Source: Pseudomonadota bacterium
GTDB lineage: Bacteria; Pseudomonadota; Alphaproteobacteria; CADEGL01
Reading direction: 5' to 3'
DNA length: 38,094 nucleotides
Assembly: GCA_027619995.1 (NCBI GenBank)
Contig: JAQCGR010000003.1
Span: 1 to 38,094 of the forward strand
The stretch's first letter is position 1, and every line of letters begins with the position of its first letter. The notes beneath the pieces were generated by a model. That model was not told the origin of the DNA. It ran no database searches and worked only from the letters and a program-made list of their open reading frames with translations. A program made the position numbers and the translations under genes. This document shows, one piece after another, positions 8,729-17,702 of this stretch.

Positions 8729-9487
8729 ATGAGCGATCAGCGCGTCGCCATCGTCACCGCCGCCGGCAAGGGGATCGGCGCGGCCTGCGCCAAGGGCCTG
8801 GACGACTCCGGGCACAAAGTCGTTCTCATGTCGATTTCGGGCGGCGCTATCGGCCTGGCCGAGGAACTCGGCGGGGTCGGCATGAAGGGCTCCGTCCTCG
8901 AAACCAAGGATCTGGAAGCCCTGGTCAAACTGGCCATGGATACCTATGGCCGCATCGACAGCGTGGTCGTGAACACCGGCCATGGTGAGGGCACCACGGA
9001 ATACACTTACGGATCGGGCTATCACGCCGACGATACGGTCGAGCGCAAGCTGCTCGATATCGATGACGAGGCTTGGCATGGCGGCCTCGACCTCTATGTC
9101 ATGGCCACGATTCGCATGGCCCGTCTGGTGACGCCGATCATGCAGAAGCAGGGCGGCGGCGTGTTCCTCAACATCTCGTCCTTCGGCGCGACCGAGGCGC
9201 GGGCCGCCTCGCCCATGAGCATCCTGCGCGGCGGGTTGCACGGCTTCGCCAAGCTCTATGCCGACCAATACGCCCGCGACAATATCCGCATGAACAACCT
9301 GCTGCCCGGCTTCATGATGAATGTCGAGTTGAGCGAGAAGGCCGCCAACGGCATTCCCCTGGGCCGCAGCGCCACCGAGCGCGAATTGTGCGGCACGGTC
9401 GCCTATCTCTGCTCGCCCGAGGCCGGCTACGTCACGGGCCAGAACATCCTGATGGACGGCGGCGGCAACCGCGCCATTCCGCACTGA
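8729..9487 (+). CDS. Atypical short-chain dehydrogenase/reductase (no YxxxK)
   Basis: TAAGKGIG, YGRIDSVV, NISS, NNLLPG, YVTGQNILMDGG; active-site helix reads PMSILR; AGGAGAGG RBS. Confidence 0.9.
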   Translation: MSDQRVAIVTAAGKGIGAACAKGLDDSGHKVVLMSISGGAIGLAEELGGVGMKGSVLETKDLEALVKLAMDTYGRIDSVVVNTGHGEGTTEYTYGSGYHADDTVERKLLDIDDEAWHGGLDLYVMATIRMARLVTPIMQKQGGGVFLNISSFGATEARAASPMSILRGGLHGFAKLYADQYARDNIRMNNLLPGFMMNVELSEKAANGIPLGRSATERELCGTVAYLCSPEAGYVTGQNILMDGGGNRAIPH

Positions 9488-9504
9488 TCTGCTACGAGCC
9501 TGTT

Positions 9505-9589
9505 TCCCCTCACCTTCCCACCGCTTCCTCTCCCCGAGGAGAGGGGTTCTTGCTCCCTCTCCCATCGGGAGAGATCTGGGGTGAGGGGA
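9505..9589. repeat. Composite palindromic intergenic element (boxC/REP-like)
   Basis: Outer inverted repeat TCCCCTCACC (9505-9514)/GGTGAGGGGA (9580-9589) enclosing hairpins CCTCTCC-ccga-GGAGAGG and CTCTCCC-atc-GGGAGAG; sits between convergent genes. Confidence 0.8.
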
Positions 9590-9605
9590 GAAAAAGCCTT
9601 TTCGG

Positions 9606-10997
9606 CTATCCCGCCTTGGCGCGGAAGGCCGGCGCGGCGAGGGCACCGAGGGTCACCGGCTTGAAGGGCGGGCGCGGGCGATATGCCGGCACTTCGGCAT
9701 CGTCCAGCCCCCGAGTCTCGGCAATCAGGGCCGAAACGGTGGGGGCGCACAGCCGCCCCTGGCATGGCCCCATCCCGCAGCGAGTATAGGCCTTGGCCTG
9801 GGTCAGGCCGAGCGCGCCCATGCGTGCCGCCTGGCGCACCTGGCCCGCCGTCACCTCTTCGCAGCGGCAGACGATGGTGTCGTCCGCGGCAGGCACCCGC
9901 TGGCTCCGGGCGGGCCGGTAGAGACGATCGAGAAAAGCCCGCGCGCCCGCGACAGATTTCAAGGCGCCGCGCGCCTCGGCGACGCCGGCCTGATCCAACC
10001 CGTCCTTGCCCAGAGCCATCGCCGCCCCATGGGCGGCCAGCAGGCCCAGATGTTCCGCCGCCTCCGCGCCCCAGATGCCCGCACCGTCGCCGGCGACCGA
10101 GAAGCCCGGCTTGTCGGCCCGGCCCCAATCGTCGAGCCGCGGCTGCCACCATTGCTGGATGTCGTTCCAGCCATGCTCCAGCCCCAGGGCGAGGGAGATA
10201 TGGGTGTTCGGAATGACCCCTTCATGCAACAGGACGAGGGGCGTCTGGATGGTCTGGCGCCGTCCGCCTTTTTGGAAGGTCACGGCCTCGGCTGCGCCTT
10301 CGCCTTCGATGCGCACATCGGTCACGCCGCGAATGCGCCGCACCCGGGCGGATCGCAGATCGCGCAGCCAGCGCCGGCCCTTGGCCAGGAGACGGCCCTG
10401 GCTCAGCATGCCCGACGCATGGGGCAGCGCAGACCAGAGATTCGACCGCGGCACGGTTTCCAGAATCGCGCCGATCTGCGCCCCGGCCTTCAGATACTGC
10501 CAGGCGACGAGATAGAGCAGCGGGCCGCCGCCGACGAGCACCGCCGGCTGGTCGGGCACATAGCCGCCGGTCTTGAGCAGAATCTGCGCCGCGCCCACGG
10601 TCATCACCCCGGGCAGGGTCCAGCCGGGCACCGGAACGGGCCGCTCGATCGCGCCCGTGGCGAGCAGGACATGGCGCGCCTGCACCTCGGCGGAACGTCC
10701 GTCGCGCAGAAAGGCGATCTCGCCCCCTGCCATCACGTCCCAGACCGTCGCGCCCGGGCGATAGTCGATATCGGCGGCGCGGAATTTTTCGATCAGCTCC
10801 ATGCCATGGGCGTAATCCTCGCCCAGAGCCTCCAGCACCTCCGGAGTCGGCTGGGCCGGGTTGCGGTAGATCTGGCCGCCGGGCCGGGGCTGTTCGTCGA
10901 GCAGGCCGACCTTGAGTCCGAGACGCGTGGCGGCCATGGCCGCCGACATGCCGGCCGGGCCCGCGCCGATCACCGCCAGATCCCAATTGGCGCTCAT
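9606..10997 (-). CDS. NAD(P)/FAD-dependent oxidoreductase with C-terminal BFD-like Cys cluster (opine oxidase alpha/OoxA, HcnB-like)
   Basis: DLAVIGAGPAG, LATGAIERP, PGWTLPGV, AGDGAGI, VCRCEEV, TRCGMGPCQGRLC, RPRPP; start ATG overlaps the upstream stop (ATGA). Confidence 0.9.
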   Translation of the reverse strand: MSANWDLAVIGAGPAGMSAAMAATRLGLKVGLLDEQPRPGGQIYRNPAQPTPEVLEALGEDYAHGMELIEKFRAADIDYRPGATVWDVMAGGEIAFLRDGRSAEVQARHVLLATGAIERPVPVPGWTLPGVMTVGAAQILLKTGGYVPDQPAVLVGGGPLLYLVAWQYLKAGAQIGAILETVPRSNLWSALPHASGMLSQGRLLAKGRRWLRDLRSARVRRIRGVTDVRIEGEGAAEAVTFQKGGRRQTIQTPLVLLHEGVIPNTHISLALGLEHGWNDIQQWWQPRLDDWGRADKPGFSVAGDGAGIWGAEAAEHLGLLAAHGAAMALGKDGLDQAGVAEARGALKSVAGARAFLDRLYRPARSQRVPAADDTIVCRCEEVTAGQVRQAARMGALGLTQAKAYTRCGMGPCQGRLCAPTVSALIAETRGLDDAEVPAYRPRPPFKPVTLGALAAPAFRAKAG

Positions 10998-11293
10998 CCG
11001 CCGATCCTCCGTGCGCCGACCTGGCGTTCGATCCGCATGCCGTCGCGAATCTCCGTCATGCAGGCCTGCCGGTTGGGCGCGCCGTCGATCATGACCAGGC
11101 AATCGAAGCAGACGCCCATCATGCAATAGGGGCCGCGCGGCGCACCGGTTATCGGCGTTGTCCGTCCCGTGGCTTCGCCGGCCGCGACCAGAGCCGCCGC
11201 CGCCGTTTCGCCCCGGGGCAGAGTCACGGGCTTGCCGCCGACGGTCACCGTGACCGTCTCGACCGGGCTGGCAGTCTCGAGCCTACGAAACAT
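10994..11293 (-). CDS. 2Fe-2S subunit (opine oxidase gamma / HcnA-like)
   Basis: GETAAAAL, RGPYCMMGVCFDCLV...QAC...GM. Confidence 0.9.
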   Translation of the reverse strand: MFRRLETASPVETVTVTVGGKPVTLPRGETAAAALVAAGEATGRTTPITGAPRGPYCMMGVCFDCLVMIDGAPNRQACMTEIRDGMRIERQVGARRIGG

Positions 11294-12404
11294 GGAACCG
11301 CTCCGGCCCCAGCTTGGCGATCGCCTCAGGCCTGTCGGCGCCCATCAGCCAGCCGCCCAGCTCGTTGGCATGGGCCGCAGCCAGGGTCACGCCGCTATGG
11401 CAGATCGTGGCGAAGGCGCCGGGACATTCCTCGGAGGCGGCATAGATCGGCAGGCCGTCCGGCGACAGCACCCGCAGGGCCGCCCAGGCGCGCACCACCG
11501 GCACATCGCGCAGGATCGGAAAGGCCGTGACGGCGCGGGCTGCGATATCGGAGATCACGCTGGTATCCGTGGAAGTGTCGAACCCGACATCTTCCTTGGA
11601 ATCACCCATGATGATCGAGCCTTCGACGGTCTGGCGCATGTTCTGGGTCGGCAGGCGCATGAAGGGGGCGACCCTTTCGGTCACCAGGATCTCGCCGCGC
11701 TGGGGATTGAGGGGAATTTCCATCCCGACCTGACGCGCGAGGCCCGGCGTCATATTGCCCGCCGCGATGACGACGCGCGGCGCCTCATAGGTGCCGTGGC
11801 GGGTCTCCACCCGGAAGATGCCGTCCCTATGCGCGATCGAGGCGACGGCATGATCCGGGCGGTAGACACCGCCCAGCTTGTCGAAACCTTGATGCACCGC
11901 GCGCAGCGTGAAAAGCGGATTGGCAGTGCCATCATAGGGCGTGAAGGACGCGCCATAGACCGAATCGCCGGCTTCGGGCACCAGTTCGCGCAATTCCTGC
12001 AGGCGCAGCATCTTGTATTCGAAGCCGCGATTGCCGGCGTCGCGCCGATGGCGCTCCATCAGGGACCGGCGATCGAGGAATTCCGACTCGCTCAGGCACA
12101 GAGTCAGGCCGCCGTTGTTTTCGTGATGGGTGTCGACGCCCGTCCGGGCCTTCAACTCCGCCGCGAAATCGGCCCAACGCTCCTGGCTGTTGCGGGTCCA
12201 ATGGGTGTAATGGGGCGCCCCGTCGCCCTTGCTCTGCACCCAGACCAGGCCGAAATTGCCGCGCGTCGCGCGGAACGCGCGGTCGCCTTCGTCCAGCAGC
12301 ATGACCCGCGAGGCATGGCGGGTCAGCCCATAGGCAATGGCCGAGCCGACGAGCCCGCCGCCGACCACGATGATGTCTGCCTGTCTGTCGCGTATGTCTG
12401 TCAT
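11283..12404 (-). CDS. FAD-dependent DAO-family oxidoreductase (opine oxidase beta/OoxB-like)
   Basis: IVVGGGLVG, LDEGDRAFRATRGNFGLVWVQSKG, PQRGEILVTE, VRAWAALRVLSPDGLPIY, CHSGVTLA. Confidence 0.9.
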   Translation of the reverse strand: MTDIRDRQADIIVVGGGLVGSAIAYGLTRHASRVMLLDEGDRAFRATRGNFGLVWVQSKGDGAPHYTHWTRNSQERWADFAAELKARTGVDTHHENNGGLTLCLSESEFLDRRSLMERHRRDAGNRGFEYKMLRLQELRELVPEAGDSVYGASFTPYDGTANPLFTLRAVHQGFDKLGGVYRPDHAVASIAHRDGIFRVETRHGTYEAPRVVIAAGNMTPGLARQVGMEIPLNPQRGEILVTERVAPFMRLPTQNMRQTVEGSIIMGDSKEDVGFDTSTDTSVISDIAARAVTAFPILRDVPVVRAWAALRVLSPDGLPIYAASEECPGAFATICHSGVTLAAAHANELGGWLMGADRPEAIAKLGPERFHVS

Positions 12405-12508
12405 GCGTGGTGGCGGAGAGTAGGCGAGAGCGCAGCCGTTGAACAGCATCCAGACACATGTCTAACTTGGCGCATGTTTTTCAGGCCGGTGAGAGAGGGA
12501 ACGCCGCC

Positions 12509-13663
12509 ATGACTCTGCCCCAGGATCTGCTAGATCCCAAACATTACGCTGCCGCCCGACGCCCGGTGGAGGAAGCCTCCACCCTGCCGCCCTGGGCCTA
12601 TTATTCGCCCCGTTTCTATGAGGCGGAGCGCGAGCGCATCTTCTTGCGCGCCTGGAATTTCGTCGGCCATTGGGATCGCATTCCCAATCCGGGCGATTAC
12701 GCCGCCTTCGATCTGGCCGGCATTCCCCTGATCCTGGTACGCGGGCGCGACGGCAAGCCGCGCGCCTTCGCCAATTCCTGCCGCCATCGCGGGGCCGAAC
12801 TGGTCCAGGGCGAGGGCAAGTGCAACGGTTTCGCCTGCCCCTATCACGGCTGGGCCTACGGCCTGGACGGCGCCCTGCGCGGCGCGCCCGGGATGGAGCG
12901 CACGGCCGGTTTCGACAAGGCCGATTGGGGGCTCAAGCCGATCCGGCTGGAGACCATGGGCGCCTATATGTTCATCAATTTCGATGCCGATGCCGCGCCC
13001 CTCTCGGATTGGTTCGGCGATCTGCCGGAGCTGTTGGGCCCCTATGCCCTGGAGGACACGGTGCTGGCCCGGCGCACGGAATACGACGTGGCCTGCAACT
13101 GGAAGGTCTATGTCGAAAATTTCATGGACTACTACCACACGCCGACGGTCCATAAGACGTCACTCGCCGCCACCGACCTCTCGGCCTATCACCAGAATCC
13201 GCCGGACACCTGGGTCGGCAAGGGCGAGTACCTGACCCTCTATGCCGTGCACAAGGGCAGCGCGGCTTTGCTCAAGGGCGCGAAGGGCTTTCCCGACAGG
13301 ACGACCCTGACCGGCCCCTCGGCCATCGGCTCGACCTATGTCTGCGGCTTTCCCAACGCCCTGATGGCGAATACCAAGGATTGCTCCTGGTATGTCGAGA
13401 TCCACCCGACCGGCCCTACCACGATGCGCCTGGCCCTGGGCGCGGTCTTCCCGAAGGAGACTGCGGAGCGGCCGGATTTCGACGAGGTGGTGCAACAGTA
13501 TTTCAAGCGGCTGGACGTAGGGGTCGCCGAGGACAACGCGATCAACGAAGTGCAGCAGCGCGGCGTCTCCTCTCCCCTGGCCGAAGCCGGCCGGGTCTCG
13601 ATCATGGAGACGGCCAGCCATCTCCACCGCAACTGGGTGCTCGACCGGGTGATCGGGAACTAG
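12509..13663 (+). CDS. Rieske non-heme iron oxygenase alpha subunit (choline monooxygenase/CntA-like group)
   Basis: Rieske CRHRG...CPYHGW; mononuclear Fe motif NWKVYVENFMDYYHTPTVH and ED; GAGAGGG RBS before ATG 12509. Confidence 0.92.
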   Translation: MTLPQDLLDPKHYAAARRPVEEASTLPPWAYYSPRFYEAERERIFLRAWNFVGHWDRIPNPGDYAAFDLAGIPLILVRGRDGKPRAFANSCRHRGAELVQGEGKCNGFACPYHGWAYGLDGALRGAPGMERTAGFDKADWGLKPIRLETMGAYMFINFDADAAPLSDWFGDLPELLGPYALEDTVLARRTEYDVACNWKVYVENFMDYYHTPTVHKTSLAATDLSAYHQNPPDTWVGKGEYLTLYAVHKGSAALLKGAKGFPDRTTLTGPSAIGSTYVCGFPNALMANTKDCSWYVEIHPTGPTTMRLALGAVFPKETAERPDFDEVVQQYFKRLDVGVAEDNAINEVQQRGVSSPLAEAGRVSIMETASHLHRNWVLDRVIGN

Positions 13664-13707
13664 GGCCGCATTCACACCCAAGCAAAGCATAACAAGGAGG
13701 CACCATC

Positions 13708-14175
13708 GTGGCCGGCCGCATCGAAGCGCGCTTGAAGGAATTGGGCATCACCCTGCCGCCGCCGGCCCGGGCGCTCGGCAGCTATGTCCCCTATGTCCGA
13801 ACCGGCAACCAAGTCTGGATTACCCAGGGCCCCATCCTGGGCGAAGAGCTGCATTTCGAAGGCAAGCTGGGCCGGGAATTCGGCGTCGAGGAAGGTCAGG
13901 CCTGCGCGCGAATGGTGATGCTCAACATCATCACCTGCCTCCGGCAGGCCTGCGGCGGCGATCTCGACCGGGTCGTGCGCGCCATCCGCTGCGTCGGCGT
14001 GATGAATGCGACGGAAGATTTCACCCAGCATAGCCAGGTGATGAACGGCGCCTCCGACCTGCTGGTCGAGATTTTCGGCGAAAAGGGCCGCCACGCCCGC
14101 CTGGCCTATGGCTGTTCCTCGCTGCCAGCCGATCTCGCCGTCGATATCGAGGCGATTTTCGAGGTCGAAACATAG
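13708..14175 (+). CDS. Rid (YjgF/YER057c/UK114) family imine deaminase, Rid1-like
   Basis: RLKELGITLP, YVP, VMNGASDLL..IFGE.GRHAR, LP...VDIE; AAGGAGG RBS, GTG start. Confidence 0.88.
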   Translation: MAGRIEARLKELGITLPPPARALGSYVPYVRTGNQVWITQGPILGEELHFEGKLGREFGVEEGQACARMVMLNIITCLRQACGGDLDRVVRAIRCVGVMNATEDFTQHSQVMNGASDLLVEIFGEKGRHARLAYGCSSLPADLAVDIEAIFEVET

Positions 14176-14266
14176 GCCTGTTGCGGCGCCGACCGTTGAC
14201 CGGCGCGCCCGACAGGTTTAGCCATTAGGGGACGTTTCCGCTTCTGGTTGCCGAGGGAGAAAAACC

Positions 14267-15052
14267 ATGGGCTCCGTGACTGCCATGACCATCGACCGTT
14301 CGATGAAGGGTCGCGTCAGCGACGCCGAATGGGAAACACGCGTGAATCTGGCCGCCTGCTATCGGCTGCTGGCCCATCACGAGATGACCGACAACACGGC
14401 CACCCATATCTCGGCGCGGGTCCCGGACGAGCAGGACACCTTCCTGCTCAATCCATATGGTCTTCTATTCGACGAGATCACGGCCTCGTCCCTGGTCAAG
14501 ATCAACCACAAGGGCGAAATCGTCGACGGCTCGACCTTCCCCTATAACGAAGCCGGCTTCTGCATCCATTCCGGCGTACTCTCGGGCCGACCCGAGATCA
14601 ACAGCGTGCTGCACACCCATTCCAACGCGGGCATGGCGGTGGCGGCGCAGAAATGCGGATTGCTGCCGCTCTCCCAGACGGCACTGCGCTTCTACAACAA
14701 CACCGCCTATCACGATTACGAGGGCATCGCCGACGATCTCGACGAGCAGCGTCGCCTGCAGCGGGATCTGGGCGACAACTACGTCATGATCCTCAAGCAT
14801 CACGGCCTGCTGACAGTCGGTCGCAGCGTGGCCGAGGCATTCCTGATGGTCTGGGACCTGGAAAAAGCCTGCCAGTCGCAGATCTGGGCCATGGCCGGCG
14901 GCATGGAAAATGTCGATATCCCGCCCGAAGAGGTCTGCCAGCGCACGGCCGACCAGTACAAGCGCTACTACGGCAACAAGCCGGCGGGCGAGGCGGCATG
15001 GCCCGCGCATCTCCGCATGCTCGACCGGATGGACCCCAGCTACCGAGATTGA
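14267..15052 (+). CDS. Class II aldolase/adducin family protein
   Basis: RVNLAACYR, THISARVP, FLLNPYG..F.EITASSLVK, IHS, HTHS, HHG metal ligands. Confidence 0.92.
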   Translation: MGSVTAMTIDRSMKGRVSDAEWETRVNLAACYRLLAHHEMTDNTATHISARVPDEQDTFLLNPYGLLFDEITASSLVKINHKGEIVDGSTFPYNEAGFCIHSGVLSGRPEINSVLHTHSNAGMAVAAQKCGLLPLSQTALRFYNNTAYHDYEGIADDLDEQRRLQRDLGDNYVMILKHHGLLTVGRSVAEAFLMVWDLEKACQSQIWAMAGGMENVDIPPEEVCQRTADQYKRYYGNKPAGEAAWPAHLRMLDRMDPSYRD

Positions 15053-15057
15053 TCAAA

Positions 15058-15083
15058 GGACGGCCGCCACACGGCGGCCGTCC
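15058..15083. terminator. Perfect GC-rich hairpin (terminator or mRNA-stabilising stem-loop)
   Basis: GGACGGCCGCC-acac-GGCGGCCGTCC, 5 nt after the aldolase stop; only a weak U tail. Confidence 0.5.
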
Positions 15084-15118
15084 GGTTTCGGGAAGCGCCC
15101 GGCTTCAAGGAGCGAGTT

Positions 15119-16129
15119 ATGGAATACCGACGGCTCGGCAATAGCGGCCTTCGGGTCTCGCCCATTTGCCTTGGCACCATGATGTTCGGCCTGCGCACGA
15201 CGCCGGCGGTGGCCGGGCGCATCATGGACAAGGCCCGGTCCGCGGGGATCAATTTCCTCGACACCGCCGATGTCTATTCCAAGGGCAAATCGGAAGAGAT
15301 TCTCGGCCGACTGATCGCCAAGGACCGTGACGACTGGGTCCTCGCGACCAAGGTCGCCGCCAATTGGTCCGCCCGGCCGAATGAATCCGGCTCCGGCCGA
15401 AAATGGGTCGAGCGCGCGCTGGAAGCCAGCCTCAAACGACTCAAGACCGACTACATCGACCTCTACTATCTGCACAAGGACGATTCTGGCACGCCGATGG
15501 AGGAGACGGTGGCGGTCATGGCCGATGCCATCCGGGCCGGCAAGATCCGCTATTGGGGCCTCAGCAATTTTGCGAGCTGGCGCGTGGCGCAGGCCTGCGA
15601 GACGGCGGACCGGCTGGGCGCGCCCCGGCCGATCGCGAGCCAACCCTATTACAACGCCATGAACCGCATGCCCGAGGCCGAGCATCTGCCGGCCTGCGCC
15701 TCCTACGGTTTGGGGGTCGTGCCGTATAGCCCGGTGGCGCGCGGCGTATTGACCGGCAAGTACCCGGTCGATGGCCCGCCGCCCAAGGGCACCCGCGCCG
15801 GCCATGCCGACAAGCGCATGATGGAGGCGGAATACCGCCGCGAATCCCTGGAAATCGCGCAGATCGTCGTCGCCCATGCCGAGCGGCGCGGCATGACCCC
15901 GGTCCAATACGCGACCCTCTGGGTGCTCAACAACCGCCTCATAACCTCGGTGATCGCCGGGCCACGCACCACGGCGCAATGGACCGAATATCTACGCGCC
16001 CTGGACCAGGAATTCACCGCCGAGGACGAGGCGCTGATCGATTCCCTGGTCCCGTCGGGCCACCCGTCGACCCCCGGCTATACCGATCCAAACAATCCGG
16101 TCATCGGGCGCGCGGTAAGGACGGGTTAG
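15119..16129 (+). CDS. Aldo/keto reductase
   Basis: LGNSGLRVSPICLGTM, DTADVY, LATK, SLKRLKTDYIDLYYLH, GLSNF, YSPVARGVLTGKY. Confidence 0.94.
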   Translation: MEYRRLGNSGLRVSPICLGTMMFGLRTTPAVAGRIMDKARSAGINFLDTADVYSKGKSEEILGRLIAKDRDDWVLATKVAANWSARPNESGSGRKWVERALEASLKRLKTDYIDLYYLHKDDSGTPMEETVAVMADAIRAGKIRYWGLSNFASWRVAQACETADRLGAPRPIASQPYYNAMNRMPEAEHLPACASYGLGVVPYSPVARGVLTGKYPVDGPPPKGTRAGHADKRMMEAEYRRESLEIAQIVVAHAERRGMTPVQYATLWVLNNRLITSVIAGPRTTAQWTEYLRALDQEFTAEDEALIDSLVPSGHPSTPGYTDPNNPVIGRAVRTG

Positions 16130-16135
16130 TCCCCC

Positions 16136-17701
16136 TCAGCCGCTCACCCCGTGCCGATGCGCGATGATGGCGAGGTAGTCGTTCACCTCCTTGTCGATCC
16201 GCGCTTCGTCCCAACCCAGGATATCCGAAACCGAATCGGCCGCGACCCGCGCGCCCTCGCGCGCCATGGTCTCGGTCCAGCCCGCGCCGACCCGGCGGAA
16301 CAGCAGGTCTTCCAGGGTCACCGGCTGTTCGTGTTCGGCCGCATGGCGCAGATCGGCGATGCGCACACCATCCCAATGGTTCAGCAGGGTCGGCGAATCG
16401 AGCGCTTCGGGATAGGGCTTGGCGTCGTAGGAAATCTGCTGCGCCGTGCCCGAGGGCCGGATCTTGCCCTTGACCGCCTCCGAGAGCTGCTTGCCGGCCA
16501 GCCGGTGGGATTGGATCGGCGATGAGGTCATGTTGAAGACATTGGGCATGCCCTCGGCCGTGAGATCGTGGATGCGGTGGCCGCGCAGGCCCATCGGCTC
16601 GTCCGCCGAATAGGTCAGCGGCCGCACCCCGGCCCAGCTGAAGCAGACATCCTCGCGCTTGACCCCCGCGCCCGGGATCAGGTCGTTGACCTCGTTGACC
16701 AGGAAGCGGATTTCGTCCTCCTCGGCGCGGATATCGTCGATATCCCCCTCATAGGCCACGTCGGTCGGCCCGGCGTAATGCATGCCGCGCCAGGGAATGA
16801 CGTAGAAGGGCTCGCGCGTCGTCGTATGGGTGCAGATCGCCAAGCCGTCGCATTCGGGCGGCAGGCGAAACATGATGTGAATGCCCTTGGTGCCCATGAT
16901 GCGCCGGCCCACGGTTTCCGATCCCAACTTGTTGACCCGATCGGTCCAGATGCCGGTGGTGTTGAGCACGGATTTGGCCACGACCTTGGCGGTGCCGCCG
17001 CCGAAGCCGTCCTCCAGCCCGATGCGCCAGAGATCGCCGTCGTGCTTCAACTCGGTCACGACCGTGTGGTTGCGCGCGATGGCGCCCATGCGCTGGGCGT
17101 CGAGGATCGTGTCCATGACGATCCGCTCGGGCCATTCGTAGCGGAATTCCTTCCAGCTATGGACCGAGAGCAGATCCTCGGGCCGGCGCAGCCATTTGAG
17201 CAGGGGCTGGCGCAGAGCCTCGGCTCCCGACAAGCGGTCGATCTCCATCGGGATACCGCCCTTGGGGCCGACCGCCTCGACCAGGCGCATGCCGGCCGAG
17301 ACCTGCCAGGGCTTGTAGAAATCGCCTTTCCAGACCGGGAAATGGAAGCGGAAGCCGAACAGCCGTTGGGCCATGGTCGTGCCGATCTGGGTGCGCACGT
17401 TCATCGCGTCGCGCGCACGGCCCAGATTCTTGAGGAAGGTGCCGGGCTTGAGCAGCGGTTCCCAGACCGAGGGCTGGCGATAGCCCAACCCCTCGCCGGG
17501 CTCGATGAAGCGCAACCCGCAATGGAGCAAGCGGCTGGAGCGGCTGGAAGAACCGGTGGCGAAATCGTTCTTGTCGACGATCAGGACCGAATAGCCCTCC
17601 GCCGCCAGATGATGGGCGCCACTGGTGCCGTTGACCCCTGCGCCGACGACGACCACGTCAAATTCGCGGCCGTCGAGTTCCGAAAGCGGTTGGCGCGCCA
17701 T
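16136..17701 (-). CDS. GlpD/glycerol-3-phosphate oxidase-like FAD-dependent oxidoreductase (divergent)
   Basis: FDVVVVGAGVNG, DKNDFATGSSSRSSRLLHCGLRF, TKGIHI, WAGVRPL, C-terminal E...TLEDLLFRR...LGWD domain; GGGAGG RBS. Confidence 0.85.
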   Translation of the reverse strand: MARQPLSELDGREFDVVVVGAGVNGTSGAHHLAAEGYSVLIVDKNDFATGSSSRSSRLLHCGLRFIEPGEGLGYRQPSVWEPLLKPGTFLKNLGRARDAMNVRTQIGTTMAQRLFGFRFHFPVWKGDFYKPWQVSAGMRLVEAVGPKGGIPMEIDRLSGAEALRQPLLKWLRRPEDLLSVHSWKEFRYEWPERIVMDTILDAQRMGAIARNHTVVTELKHDGDLWRIGLEDGFGGGTAKVVAKSVLNTTGIWTDRVNKLGSETVGRRIMGTKGIHIMFRLPPECDGLAICTHTTTREPFYVIPWRGMHYAGPTDVAYEGDIDDIRAEEDEIRFLVNEVNDLIPGAGVKREDVCFSWAGVRPLTYSADEPMGLRGHRIHDLTAEGMPNVFNMTSSPIQSHRLAGKQLSEAVKGKIRPSGTAQQISYDAKPYPEALDSPTLLNHWDGVRIADLRHAAEHEQPVTLEDLLFRRVGAGWTETMAREGARVAADSVSDILGWDEARIDKEVNDYLAIIAHRHGVSG

Positions 17702-17702
17702 G

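Noticed and set aside
5946-12404. HCN synthase (hcnABC) with a cyanide-insensitive oxidase as a cyanogenesis and self-resistance locus
   Set aside because: The beta-gamma-alpha gene order and the RGNFGLVWVQ motif fit opine-oxidase-type enzymes better than HcnABC; an SDR and a repeat separate the loci. A phylogeny would settle it
14196-14224. TTGACC-N17-TAGCCA internal promoter before the aldolase gene
   Set aside because: Plausible, but the -10 is weak and cannot be supported without TSS data
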